Source: Eledone cirrhosa (Eukaryota). Taken from it: a stretch of 64,000 nt of DNA. The position numbers and the translations under genes are program-made. The stretch covers positions 101,060,001 through 101,124,000 of the forward strand of contig OZ024743.1 of assembly GCA_964016885.1 (NCBI GenBank). The letters run 5' to 3'. The notes below the pieces were generated by a model, which did no database searches, was not told the origin of the DNA, and was given only the letters and a program-made list of their open reading frames with translations. Shown here piece after piece: positions 1 to 15,089 of this stretch (the stretch's first letter is position 1; every line of letters begins with the position of its first letter).

Positions 1-299
1 CCTCACTCTTTCTATATATTCCTCACTCTTTCTATATATTCCCCACTCTTTCTATATATTCCTCACTCTTTCTATATATTCCCCACTCTTTCTATATATT
101 CCCCACTCTTTCTATATATTCCTCACTCTTTCTATATATTCCTCACTCTTTCTATATATTCGCCACTCTTTCTATATATTCCTCACTCTTTCTATATATT
201 CCTCACTTTTTCTATATATTCCCCACTCTTTCTATAATATTTCCCCCACTCTTTCTATATATTCCCCACTCTTTCTATATAGCCCTCACTCTTTCTATA

Positions 300-3200
300 T
301 ATTCCTCACTCTTTCTATATATTCCTCACTCTTTCTATATATTCCTCACTCTTTCTATATATTCCCCGCTCTTTCTATATATTCCCCACTCTTTCTATAT
401 ATTCCCCACTCTTTCTATATATTCCCCACTCTTTCTATAATATGTTCCCCACTCTTTCTATATATTCCTCACTCTTTCTATAATATATTCCCCACTCTTT
501 TTATATATTCCGCTCTCTTTCTATATATTCCCCACTCTTTCTATATATTCCTCACTCTTTCTATACATACCTCACTCTTTATATATATTCCTCAATCTTT
601 CTATATATTCACCACTCTTTCTATATATTCCTAACTCTTTCTATAATATATTCCCCACTCTTTCTATATATTCCCCACTCTTTCTATATATTCCTCACTC
701 TTTCTATATATTCCTCACTCTTTCTATATATTCCCCACTCTTTCTATATATTCCTCACTCTTTCTATATATTCTTCACTTTTTCTATATATTCCCCACTC
801 TTTGTATAATATGTTACCCACTCTTTCTATATATTTCCCACTCTTTCTATATATTCCTCACTCTTTCTATATATTCGCCATTCTTTCTATATATTCCTCA
901 CTCTTTCTATATCTTCCTTACTCTTTCAATATATTCCCTACTCTTTCTATATATTCCACACTCTTTCTATAATATATTCCCCACTCGTTCTATATATTCC
1001 CCACTCTTTCTATATATTCCCCACTCTTTCTATATATTCCTCACTCTTTCTATAATATATTCTCCACGCTTTCTATATATTCCCCACTCTTTCTATATAT
1101 TCCCAACTCTTTCTATATATTCTTCACTCTTTCTATATATTCCCCACTCATTCTATATATTCCTCGCTCTTTCTATATATTCCTCACTCTTTCTATATAT
1201 TCCCCACTCTTTCTATATTTTCCTCACTCTTGCTATATATTCCTTACTCTTGTCATATATTTCTCACTCTTTCTATAATATGTTCCACACTCTTTCTATA
1301 TATTCCCCACTCTTTCTATATATTCCTCACTCTTTCTATATATTCTTCACTATTTCTATATATTCCCCACTCTTTCTATATATTCCCCACTCTTTCTATA
1401 TATTCCTCACTCTTTCTCGAATATCTTCCCCACTCTTTCTAAATATTCCTCACCATTTCTATATATTCCCCACTCTTTCTATATATTCCCCACTCTTTCT
1501 ATATATTCCCAACTCTTTCTATAATATGTTCCCCACTCTTTCTATATATTCCCCACTCTTTCTATATATTCCCCACTCTTTCTATATATTCCTCACTCTT
1601 TCTATATATTCCCCACTCTTTCTATATATTCCTCACTATTTCTATATATTCCTCACTCTTTCTATATATTCACCACTCTTTCTATATATTCCTCACTCTT
1701 TCTATATATTCCTCACTCTTTCTATATATTCCCCACTCTTTCTATATATTCCTCACTCTTTTTATATATTCCCCACTCTTTCTATGTATTCCCCATTCTT
1801 TCTATATATTCCTCTCTCTTTCTATATAATCCTCACTCTTTCTATATATTCCCCACTCTTTCTATTTATTCCTCACTCTTTTTATATATTGCCCACTCTT
1901 TCTATATATTCCCTACTCTTTCTATATATTCCCCACTCCTTCTATATATTCCCCACTCTTTCTATATATTCCCCACTCTTTCTATATATTACCCACTCTT
2001 TTTATATATTCCCCACCCTTTCTATATATTCCTCACTCTTTCTATATATTCCTCACTTTTTCTATATATTCCTCACTCTTTCTATATATTCCCCACTCTT
2101 TCTATATATTGCTCACTCTTTCTACATATTCTCCACTCTTTCTATAATATATTCCTCACTCTTTCTATAATATATTCCCCACTTTTTCTATATATTCGCC
2201 ACTCTTTCTATATATTCCCCACTCTTTCTATATATTCCCCACTCTTTCTATATATTCCCCACTCTTTCTATAATATGTTCCACACTCTTTCTATATATTC
2301 CCCACTCTTTCTATATATTCCTGACTCTTTCTATATATTCCTCACTCTTTCTATATATTCCTCACTCTTTCTATATATTCCCCACTCTTTCTATATTTTC
2401 CTCACTCTTGCTATATATTCCTTACTCTTGCTATATATTTCTCACTCTTTCTATAATATCTTCCCCACTCTTTCTATATATTCCCCACTCTTTCTATATA
2501 TTCCTCACTCTTTCTCGAATATCTTCCCCACTCTTTCTAAATATTCCTCACCATTTCTATATATTCCTCACTCTTTCTATATATTCCCTACTCTTTCTAT
2601 ATATTCCCCACTTCTTCTATATATTCCCCACTCTTTCTATATATTACCCACTCTTTTTATATATTCCGCACACTTTCTATATATTCCTCACTCTTTCTAT
2701 ATATTCCTCACTTTTTCTATATATTCTTCACTCTTTCTATATATTCCGCACTCTTTCTATATATTCCTCACTCTTTCTATATATTCCCCACTCTTTCTAT
2801 AATATATTCCTCACTCTTTCTATAATATATTCCCCACTCTTTCTATATATTCGCCACTCTTTCTATATATTCCCCACTCTTTCTATATATTCCCCACTCT
2901 TTCTATAATATGTTCCACACTCTTTCTATATATTCCCCACTCTTTCTATATATTCCTCACTCTTTCTATATATTCCTCACACTTTCTATATATTCCTCAC
3001 TCTTTCTATATATTCCCCGCTCTTTCTATATATTCCTCACTCTTTCTATATATTCCCCGCTCTTTCTATATATTCCTCACACTTTCTATATATTCCTCAC
3101 TGTTGCTATATATTCCTCACGCTTTCTATAATATCTTCCCCACTCTTTCTATATATTCCTCACTCTTTCTATATATTCCCCGCTCTTTCTATATATTCCC

Positions 3201-6200
3201 CACTCTTTCTATATATTCCCCACTCTTTCTATATATTCCTCACTCTTTCTGTATATTCCTCACTCTTTCTATACATTCCTCACTCTTTCTCGATATTCCC
3301 CACTCTTTCTATATATTCCTCACTCTTTCTATATATTCTCCACTCTTTCTATAATATATTCCTCACTCTTTCTATATATTCCCCACTCTTTCTATATATT
3401 CCCCACTCTTTCTATATAGTCCCCACTCTTTCAATATATTCCTCACTCTTTCTGTATATTCCTCACTCTTTCTATACATTCCTCACTCTTTCTCGATATT
3501 CCCCACTCTTTCTATATATTCCTCACTCCTTCTATATATTCCTCACTCTTTTTATATATTCCTCACTCTTTCTATATATTCCCCACTCTTTCTATATATT
3601 CCTCACTCTTTCTATGTATTTCCCACTCTTTCTATATATTTCCCACTCTTTCTATATATTCCCCACTCTTTCTATATATTCTTCACTCTTTCTATAATAT
3701 ATCCCCCACACTTTCTATATATTCCCCACTCTTTCTATATATTCCTCACTCTTTCTATATATTCCTCACTCTTTCTATATATTTCCCACTCTTTCTATAA
3801 TATTTCCCCCACTCTTTCTATATATTCCCCACTCTTTCTATATAGCCCTCACTCTTTCTATATATTCCTCACTCTTTCTATATATTCCCCACTCTTTCTA
3901 TATATTCCTCACTCTTTCTATATATTCCCCACTCTTTCTATATATTCCCCACTCTTTCTATATATTCCTCACTCTTTCTATATATTCCTCACTCTTTCTA
4001 TATATTCGCCACTCTTTCTATATATTCCTCACTCTTTCTATATATTCCTCACTTTTTCTATATATTCCCCACTCTTTCTATAATATGTTACCCACTCTTT
4101 CTATATATTTCCCACTCTTTCTATATATTCCTCACTTTTCTATATATTCGCCACTCTTTCTATATATTCCTCACTCTTTCTATATCTTCCTTACTCTTTC
4201 AATATATTCCCTACTCTTTCTATATATTCCTCACTCTTTCTATCATATATTCCCCACTCGTTCTATATATTCCCCACTCTTTCTATATATTCCCCACTCT
4301 TTCTATATATTCCTCACTCTTTCTATAATATATTCTCCACGCTTTCTATATATTCCCCACTCTTTCTATATATTCCCAACTCTTTCTATATATTCCTCAC
4401 TCTTTCTATATATTCCCCACTCATTCTATATATTCCTCACTCTTTCTATATATTTTTCACTTTTTCTATATATTCCCCACTCTTTCTATAATATATTCCT
4501 CACTCTTTCTATATATTCCCCACTCCTTCTATATATTCCCCACTCTTTCTATATATTCCCCACTCTTTCTATATATTCCCCACTCTTCGTATATATTCCC
4601 CACACTTTCTATATATTCCTCACTCTTTCTATATATTCCTCACACTTTCGATATATTCCTCACTCTTTCTATATATTCCCCACTCTTTCTATATTTTCCT
4701 CACTCTTGCTATATATTCCTTACTCTTGCTATATATTACTCACTCTTTCTATAATATCTTCCCCACTCTTTCTATATATTCCGCACTCTTTCTATATATT
4801 CCTCACTCTTTCTCGAATATCTTCCCCACTCTTTCTAAATATTCCTCACCATTTCTATATATTCCTCACTCTTTCTATATATTCCCTACTCTTTCTATAT
4901 ATTCCCCACTTCTTCTATATATTCCCCACTCTTTCTATATATTACCCACTCTTTTTATATATTCCCCACACTTTCTATATATTCCTCACTCTTTCTATAT
5001 ATTCCTCACTTTTTCTATATATTCTTCACTCTTTCTATATATTCCGCACTCTTTCTATATATTCCTCACTCTTTCTATATATTCCTCACTCTTTCTATAA
5101 TATATTCCTCACTCTTTCTATAATATATTCCCCACTCTTTCTATATATTCGCCACTCTTTCTATATATTCCCAACTCTTTCTATATATTCCCCACTCTTT
5201 CTATAATATGTTCCACACTCTTTCTATATATTCCACACTCTTTCTATATATTCCTCACTCTTTCTATATATTCCTCACTCTTTCTATATATTCCTCACTC
5301 TTTCTATATATTCCCCGCTCTTTCTATATATTCCTCACTCTTTCTATATATTCCTCACTGTTGCTATATATTCCTCACTCTTTCTATATATTCCTCGCTC
5401 TTTGTATATATTCCCCACTCTTTCTATATCTTCCCCACTCTTTCTATATATTCCTCACTCTTTCTATATATTCCTCACTCTTTCTATATATTCCTCACTC
5501 TTTCTATATATTCCCCGCTCTTTCTATATATTCCCCACTCTTTCTATATATTCCCCACTCTTTCTATATATTCCCCACTCTTTCTATAATATGTTCCCCA
5601 CTCTTTCTATATATTCCTCACTCTTTCTATAATATATTCCCCACTCTTTTTATATATTCCGCTCTCTTTCTATATATTCCCCACTCTTTCTATATATTCC
5701 TCACTCTTTCTATACATACCTCACTCTTTATATATATTCCTCAATCTTTCTATATATTCACCACTCTTTCTATATATTCCTAACTCTTTCTATAATATAT
5801 TCCCCGCTCTTTCTATATATTCCCCACTCTTTCTATATATTCCTCACTCTTTCTATATATTCCTCACTCTTTCTATATATTCCCCACTCTTTCTATATAT
5901 TCCTCACTCTTTCTATATATTCTTCACTTTTTCTATATATTCCCCACTCTTTGTATAATATGTTACCCACTCTTTCTATATATTTCCCACTCTTTCTATA
6001 TATTCCTCACTCTTTCTATATATTCGCCATTCTTTCTATATATTCCTCACTCTTTCTATATCTTCCTTACTCTTTCAATATATTCCCTACTCTTTCTATA
6101 TATTCCACACTCTTTCTATAATATATTCCCCACTCGTTCTATATATTCCCCACTCTTTCTATATATTCCCCACTCTTTCTATATATTCCTCACTCTTTCT

Positions 6201-8400
6201 ATAATATATTCTCCACGCTTTCTATATATTCCCCACTCTTTCTATATATTCCCAACTCTTTCTATATATTCTTCACTCTTTCTATATATTCCCCACTCAT
6301 TCTATATATTCCTCGCTCTTTCTATATATTCCTCACTCTTTCTATATATTCCCCACTCTTTCTATATTTTCCTCACTCTTGCTATATATTCCTTACTCTT
6401 GTCATATATTTCTCACTCTTTCTATAATATGTTCCACACTCTTTCTATATATTCCCCACTCTTTCTATATATTCCTCACTCTTTCTATATATTCTTCACT
6501 ATTTCTATATATTCCCCACTCTTTCTATATATTCCCCACTCTTTCTATATATTCCTCACTCTTTCTCGAATATCTTCCCCACTCTTTCTAAATATTCCTC
6601 ACCATTTCTATATATTCCCCACTCTTTCTATATATTCCCCACTCTTTCTATATATTCCCAACTCTTTCTATAATATGTTCCCCACTCTTTCTATATATTC
6701 CCCACTCTTTCTATATATTCCCCACTCTTTCTATATATTCCTCACTCTTTCTATATATTCCCCACTCTTTCTATATATTCCTCACTATTTCTATATATTC
6801 CTCACTCTTTCTATATATTCACCACTCTTTCTATATATTCCTCACTCTTTCTATATATTCCTCACTCTTTCTATATATTCCCCACTCTTTCTATATATTC
6901 CTCACTCTTTTTATATATTCCCCACTCTTTCTATATATTCCCCATTCTTTCTATATATTCCTCTCTCTTTCTATATAATCCTCACTCTTTCTATATATTC
7001 CCCACTCTTTCTATTTATTCCTCACTCTTTTTATATATTGCCCACTCTTTCTATATATTCCCTACTCTTTCTATATATTCCCCACTCCTTCTATATATTC
7101 CCCACTCTTTCTATATATTCCCCACTCTTTCTATATATTACCCACTCTTTTTATATATTCCCCACCCTTTCTATATATTCCTCACTCTTTCTATATATTC
7201 CTCACTTTTTCTATATATTCCTCACTCTTTCTATATATTCCCCACTCTTTCTATATATTGCTCACTCTTTCTATATATTCTCCACTCTTTCTATAATATA
7301 TTCCTCACTCTTTCTATAATATATTCCCCACTTTTTCTATATATTCGCCACTCTTTCTATATATTCCCCACTCTTTCTATATATTCCCCACTCTTTCTAT
7401 ATATTCCCCACTCTTTCTATAATATGTTCCACACTCTTTCTATATATTCCCCACTCTTTCTATATATTCCTGACTCTTTCTATATATTCCTCACTCTTTC
7501 TATATATTCCTCACTCTTTCTATATATTCCCCACTCTTTCTATATTTTCCTCACTCTTGCTATATATTCCTTACTCTTGCTATATATTTCTCACTCTTTC
7601 TATAATATCTTCCCCACCCTTTCTATATATTCCCCACTCTTTCTATATATTCCTCACTCTTTCTCGAATATCTTCCCCACTCTTTCTAAATATTCCTCAC
7701 CATTTCTATATATTCCTCACTCTTTCTATATATTCCCTACTCTTTCTATATATTCCCCACTTCTTCTATATATTCCCCACTCTTTCTATATATTACCCAC
7801 TCTTTTTATATATTCCGCACACTTTCTATATATTCCTCACTCTTTCTATATATTCCTCACTTTTTCTATATATTCTTCACTCTTTCTATATATTCCGCAC
7901 TCTTTCTATATATTCCTCACTCTTTCTATATATTCCCCACTCTTTCTATAATATATTCCTCACTCTTTCTATAATATATTCCCCACTCTTTCTATATATT
8001 CGCCACTCTTTCTATATATTCCCCACTCATTCTATATATTCCCCACTCTTTCTATAATATGTTCCACACTCTTTCTATATATTCCCCACTCTTTCTATAT
8101 ATTCCTCACTCTTTCTATATATTCCTCACACTTTCTATATATTCCTCACTCTTTCTATATATTCCCCGCTCTTTCTATATATTCCTCACTCTTTCTATAT
8201 ATTCCCCGCTCTTTCTATATATTCCTCACACTTTCTATATATTCCTCACTGTTGCTATATATTCCTCACGCTTTCTATAATATCTTCCCCACTCTTTCTA
8301 TATATTCCTCACTCTTTCTATATATTCCCCGCTCTTTCTATATATTCCCCACTCTTTCTATATATTCCCCACTCTTTCTATATATTCCTCACTCTTTCTC
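300..8400. repeat. Dispersed segmental duplication within the array: ~300-3250 copied at ~5449-8400 (offset 5,149 bp)
   Basis: Six ORF-track pairs share offset 5149 (1230/6379, 1250/6399, 2275/7424, 2408/7557, 2910/8059, 3103/8252). Private variants cttgtcat (~1250/6399) and cctgact (~2320/7470) are shared. The copies diverge after ~3250/8400. Confidence 0.92.
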
Positions 8401-11400
8401 GAATATCTTCCCCACTCTTTCTATATATTCCTCACTTGTTCTCAAATATCTTCCCCACTCTTTCTATATATTCCTCACTCTTTCTATATATTCCCCGCTC
8501 TTTCTATATATTCCCCACTCTTTCTATATATTCCCCACTCTTTCTATATATTCCTCACTCTTTCTATAATATGTTCCCCACTCTTTCTATATATTCCCCA
8601 CTCTTTCTATATATTCCTCACTCTTTCTATACATACCTCACTCTTTATATATATTCCTCACTCTTTCTATATATTCACCACTCTTTCTATATATTCCTAA
8701 CTCTTTCTATAATATATTCCCCACTCTTTCTATATATTCCTCACTCTTTCCATATATTCCTCACTCTTTCTCTATATTCCCCACTCTTTCTATATATTCC
8801 CCACTGTTTCTATATATTCCTCACTCTTTCTTTAATATATTCCCCACACTTTCTATATATTCCTCATTCTTTCTATATATTCCTCATTCTTTCTATATAT
8901 TCCTCACACTTTTTATATATTTCCCACTCTTTCTATATATTCCCCACTCTTTCTATATATTCCTCACTCTTTCTATATATTCCTAACTCTTTCTATATAT
9001 TCCTCACTCTTTCTATATATTCCCTATACTTTCTATAATATATTCCCCACTCTTTCTATATATTCCCCACTCTTTTTATATATTCCCCACTCTTTCTATA
9101 TATTCCTCACTCTTTCTATAATATATTCCCCATTCTTTCTATATATTCCCCACTCTTTCTATGTATTCCCCACTCTTTCTATATATTCCTCGCTCATTCT
9201 ATATATTCCCCACTCTTTCTATATATTCCCCACTCTTTCTATATATTCCTCACTCTTTCTAGATATTCCCCACTCTTTCTATATATTCATCACTCATTCT
9301 ATATATTCCTCACTTTTCCTACAATATTTTCCTCACTCTTTCTATATATTCCCCACTCTTTCTATATCTTCCCCACTCTTTCTATATATTCCTCACTGTT
9401 TCTATATACTCCCCACTCTTTCTATATATTCATCACTCATTCTATATCTTCCTCACTCTTTCTATATATTCCTCACTCTTTCTATATATTCCCCACTCTT
9501 TCTATATATTCCTCACTCTTTCTATATATTCCCCACTCTTTCTATATATTCCTCACTCTTTCTATATATTCCCCACTCTTTCTATATATTCCCCACTCTT
9601 TCTATATATTCCCGACTCTTTCTATATAATCCCCACTCTTTCTATATATTCCCCACTCTTTCTATATATTCCTCACTCTTTCTATATATTCTCCACTCTT
9701 TCTATAATATATTCCTCACTCTTTCTATATATTCCCCACTCTTTCTATATATTCCCCACTCTTTCTATATAGTCCCCACTCTTTCTATGTATTCCCCACT
9801 CTTTCTATATATTCCTCACTCATTCTATATATTCCCCACTCTTTCTATATATTCCCCACTCTTTCTATATATTCCTCACTCTTTCTAGATATTCCCCACT
9901 CTTTCTATATACCCCTCACTCTTTCTATATATTCATCACTCATTCTATATATTCCTCACTTTTCCTACAATATATTCCTCACTCTTTCTATATATTCCCC
10001 ACTCTTTCTATATTTTCCCCACTCTTTCTATATATTCCTCACTGTTTCAATATACTCCCCACTCTTTCTATATATTCATCACTCTTTCTATATCTTCCTC
10101 ACTCTTTCAATATATTCCTCACTCTTTCTATATATTCCCCACTCTTTCTATATATTCCTCACTCTTTGTATATATTCCCCACTCTTTCTATATATTCCTC
10201 ACTCTTTCTATATATTCCCCACTCTTTTTATATATTCCCCACTCTTTCTATATATTCCCCACTCTTTCTATATATTCCCCACTCTTTCTATATAGTCCCC
10301 ACTCTTTCTATATATTCCTCACTCTTTCTGTATATTCCTCACTCTTTCTATACATTCCTCACTCTTTCTCGATATTCCCCACTCTTTCTATATATTCCTC
10401 ACTCCTTCTATATATTCCTCACTCTTTCTATATATTCCTCACTCTTTCTATATATTCCCCACTCTTTCTATATATTCCTCACTCTTTCTATGTATTTCCC
10501 ACTCTTTCTATATATTTCCCACTCTTTCTATATATTCCCCACTCTTTCTATATATTCTTCACTCTTTCTATAATATATCCCCCACACTTTCTATATATTC
10601 CCCACTCTTTCTATATATTCCTCACTCTTTCTATATATTCCTCACTCTTTCTATATATTTCCCACTCTTTCTATAATATTTTCCCCACTCTTTCTATATA
10701 TTCCCCACTCTTTCTATATAGCCCTCACTCTTTCTATATATTCCTCACTCTTTCTATATATTCCCCACTCTTTCTATATATTCCTCACTCTTTCTATATA
10801 TTCCCCACTCTTTCTATATATTTCCCACTCTTTCTATATATTCCTCACTCTTTCTATATATTCCTCACTCTTTCTATATATTCGCCACACTTTCTATATA
10901 TTCCTCACTCTTTCTATATATTCCTCACTTTTTCTATATATTCCCCACTCTTTCTATAATATGTTACCCACTCTTTCTATATATTTCCCACTCTTTCTAT
11001 ATATTCCTCACTCTTTCTATATATTCGCCACTCTTTCTATATATTCCTCACTCTTTCTATCATATATTCCCCACTCGTTCTATATATTCCCCACTCTTTC
11101 TATATATTCCCCACTCTTTCTATATATTCCTCACTCTTTCTATAATATATTCTCCACGCTTTCTATATATTCCCCACTCTTTCTATATATTCCCAACTCT
11201 TTCTATATATTCCTCACTCTTTCTATATATTCCCCACTCATTCTATATATTCCTCACTCTTTCTATATATTTCTCACTTTTTCTATATATTCCCCACTCT
11301 TTCTATAATATATTCCTCACTCTTTCTATATATTCCCCACTCCTTCTATATATTCCCCACTCTTTCTATATATTCCCCACTCTTTCTATATATTCCCCAC

Positions 11401-12620
11401 TCTTCGTATATATTCCCCACACTTTCTATATATTCCTCACTCTTTCTATATATTCCTCACACTTTCGATATATTCCTCACTCTTTCTATATATTCCCCAC
11501 TCTTTCTATATTTTCCTCACTCTTGCTATATATTCCTTACTCTTGCTATATATTACTCACTCTTTCTATAATATCTTCCCCACTCTTTCTATATATTCCG
11601 CACTCTTTCTATATATTCCTCACTCTTTCTCGAATATCTTCCCCACTCTTTCTAAATATTCCTCACCATTTCTATATATTCCTCACTCTTTCTATATATT
11701 CCCTACTCTTTCTATATATTCCCCACTTCTTCTATATATTCCCCACTCTTTCTATATATTACCCACTCTTTTTATATATTCCCCACACTTTCTATATATT
11801 CCTCACTCTTTCTATATATTCCTCACTTTTTCTATATATTCTTCACTCTTTCTATATATTCCGCACTCTTTCTATATATTCCTCACTCTTTCTATATATT
11901 CCTCACTCTTTCTATAATATATTCCTCACTCTTTCTATAATATATTCCCCACTCTTTCTATATATTCGCCACTCTTTCTATATATTCCCAACTCTTTCTA
12001 TATATTCCCCACTCTTTCTATAATATGTTCCACACTCTTTCTATATATTCCCCACTCTTTCTATATATTCCTCACTCTTTCTATATATTCCTCACTCTTT
12101 CTATATATTCCTCACTCTTTCTATATATTCCCCGCTCTTTCTATATATTCCTCACTCTTTCTATATATTCCTCACTGTTGCTATATATTCCTCACTCTTT
12201 CTATATATTCTTCGCTCTTTGTATATATTCCCCACTCTTTCTATATCTTCCCCACACTTTCTATATATTCCTCACTCTTTCTATATATTCCTCACTCTTT
12301 CTATATATTCCTCACTCTTTCTATATATTCCCCGCTCTTTCTATATATTCCCCACTCTTTCTATATATTCCCCACTCTTTCTATATATTCCCCACTCTTT
12401 CTATAATATGTTCCCCACTCTTTCTATATATTCCTCACTCTTTCTATAATATATTCCCCACTCTTTTTATATATTCCGCTCTCTTTCTATATATTCCCCA
12501 CTCTTTCTATATATTCCTCACTCTTTCTATACATACCTCACTCTTTATATATATTCCTCAATCTTTCTATATATTCACCACTCTTTCTATATATTCCTAA
12601 CTCTTTCTATAATATATTCC
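3400..12620. repeat. Dispersed segmental duplication: ~3400-5800 copied at ~10280-12620 (offset 6,876 then 6,817 bp)
   Basis: ORF offsets are 4085/10961 (6876) and 4726/11543, 5208/12025, 5402/12219 (6817). Shared markers include tatagccctc, cacactttcgat and tattactcac. The 59-bp offset change equals a 19-bp monomer at ~4134 plus three monomers missing at ~11050. Confidence 0.85.
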
Positions 12621-14938
12621 CCACTCTTTCTATATATTCCTCACTCTTTCCATATATTCCTCACTCTTTCTCTATATTCCCCACTCTTTCTATATATTCC
12701 GCACTGTTTCTATATATTCCTCACTCTTTCTTTAATATATTCCCCACACTTTCTATATATTCCTCATTCTTTCTATATATTCCTCATTCTTTCTATATAT
12801 TCCTCACACTTTTTATATATTTCCCACTCTTTCTATATATTCCCCACTCTTTCTATATATTCCTCACTCTTTCTATATATTCCCCACTCTTTCTATATAT
12901 TCCTCACTCTTTCTATATATTCCTCACTCTTTCTATATATTCGCCACACTTTCTATATATTCCTCACTCTTTCTATATATTCCTCACTTTTTCTATATAT
13001 TCCCCACTCTTTCTATAATATGTTACCCACTCTTTCTATATATTTCCCACTCTTTCTATATATTCCTCACTCTTTCTATATATTCGCCACTCTTTCTATA
13101 TATTCCTCACTCTTTCTATCATATATTCCCCACTCGTTCTATATATTCCCCACTCTTTCTATATATTCCCCACTCTTTCTATATATTCCTCACTCTTTCT
13201 ATAATATATTCTCCACGCTTTCTATATATTCCCCACTCTTTCTATATATTCCCAACTCTTTCTATATATTCCTCACTCTTTCTATATATTCCCCACTCAT
13301 TCTATATATTCCTCACTCTTTCTATATATTTCTCACTTTTTCTATATATTCCCCACTCTTTCTATAATATATTCCTCACTCTTTCTATATATTCCCCACT
13401 CCTTCTATATATTCCCCACTCTTTCTATATATTCCCCACTCTTTCTATATATTCCCCACTCTTCGTATATATTCCCCACACTTTCTATATATTCCTCACT
13501 CTTTCTATATATTCCTCACACTTTCGATATATTCCTCACTCTTTCTATATATTCCCCACTCTTTCTATATTTTCCTCACTCTTGCTATATATTCCTTACT
13601 CTTGCTATATATTACTCACTCTTTCTATAATATCTTCCCCACTCTTTCTATATATTCCGCACTCTTTCTATATATTCCTCACTCTTTCTCGAATATCTTC
13701 CCCACTCTTTCTAAATATTCCTCACCATTTCTATATATTCCTCACTCTTTCTATATATTCCCTACTCTTTCTATATATTCCCCACTTCTTCTATATATTC
13801 CCCACTCTTTCTATATATTACCCACTCTTTTTATATATTCCCCACACTTTCTATATATTCCTCACTCTTTCTATATATTCCTCACTTTTTCTATATATTC
13901 TTCACTCTTTCTATATATTCCGCACTCTTTCTATATATTCCTCACTCTTTCTATATATTCCTCACTCTTTCTATAATATATTCCTCACTCTTTCTATAAT
14001 ATATTCCCCACTCTTTCTATATATTCGCCACTCTTTCTATATATTCCCAACTCTTTCTATATATTCCCCACTCTTTCTATAATATGTTCCACACTCTTTC
14101 TATATATTCCCCACTCTTTCTATATATTCCTCACTCTTTCTATATATTCCTCACTCTTTCTATATATTCCTCACTCTTTCTATATATTCCCCGCTCTTTC
14201 TATATATTCCTCACTCTTTCTATATATTCCTCACTGTTGCTATATATTCCTCACTCTTTCTATATATTCTTCGCTCTTTGTATATATTCCCCACTCTTTC
14301 TATATCTTCCCCACACTTTCTATATATTCCTCACTCTTTCTATATATTCCTCACTCTTTCTATATATTCCTCACTCTTTCTATATATTCCCCGCTCTTTC
14401 TATATATTCCCCACTCTTTCTATATATTCCCCACTCTTTCTATATATTCCCCACTCTTTCTATAATATGTTCCCCACTCTTTCTATATATTCCTCACTCT
14501 TTCTATAATATATTCCCCACTCTTTTTATATATTCCGCTCTCTTTCTATATATTCCCCACTCTTTCTATATATTCCTCACTCTTTCTATACATACCTCAC
14601 TCTTTATATATATTCCTCAATCTTTCTATATATTCACCACTCTTTCTATATATTCCTAACTCTTTCTATAATATATTCCCCACTCTTTCTATATATTCCT
14701 CACTCTTTCCATATATTCCTCACTCTTTCTCTATATTCCCCACTCTTTCTATATATTCCGCACTGTTTCTATATATTCCTCACTCTTTCTTTAATATATT
14801 CCCCACACTTTCTATATATTCCTCATTCTTTCTATATATTCCTCATTCTTTCTATATATTCCTCACACTTTTTATATATTTCCCACTCTTTCTATATATT
14901 CCCCACTCTTTCTATATATTCCTCACTCTTTCTATATA
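10820..14938. repeat. Head-to-tail tandem duplication, 2 x 2,059 bp (101 monomers, 13 of them 23-mers)
   Basis: ORF pairs 10961/13020, 11523/13582, 11543/13602, 12025/14084 and 12219/14278 have identical translations at offset 2059. Marker tcgccacac occurs at 10882 and 12941. Confidence 0.93.
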
Positions 14939-15089
14939 TCCCTCACTCTTTCTATATATTCCTCACTCTTTCTATTTATTCCCTATTCTTTCTATAATAT
15001 ATTCCCCACTCTTTCTATATATTCCCCACTCTTTTTATATATTCCCCACTCTCTCTATATATTCCTCACTCTTTCTATAATATATTCCC

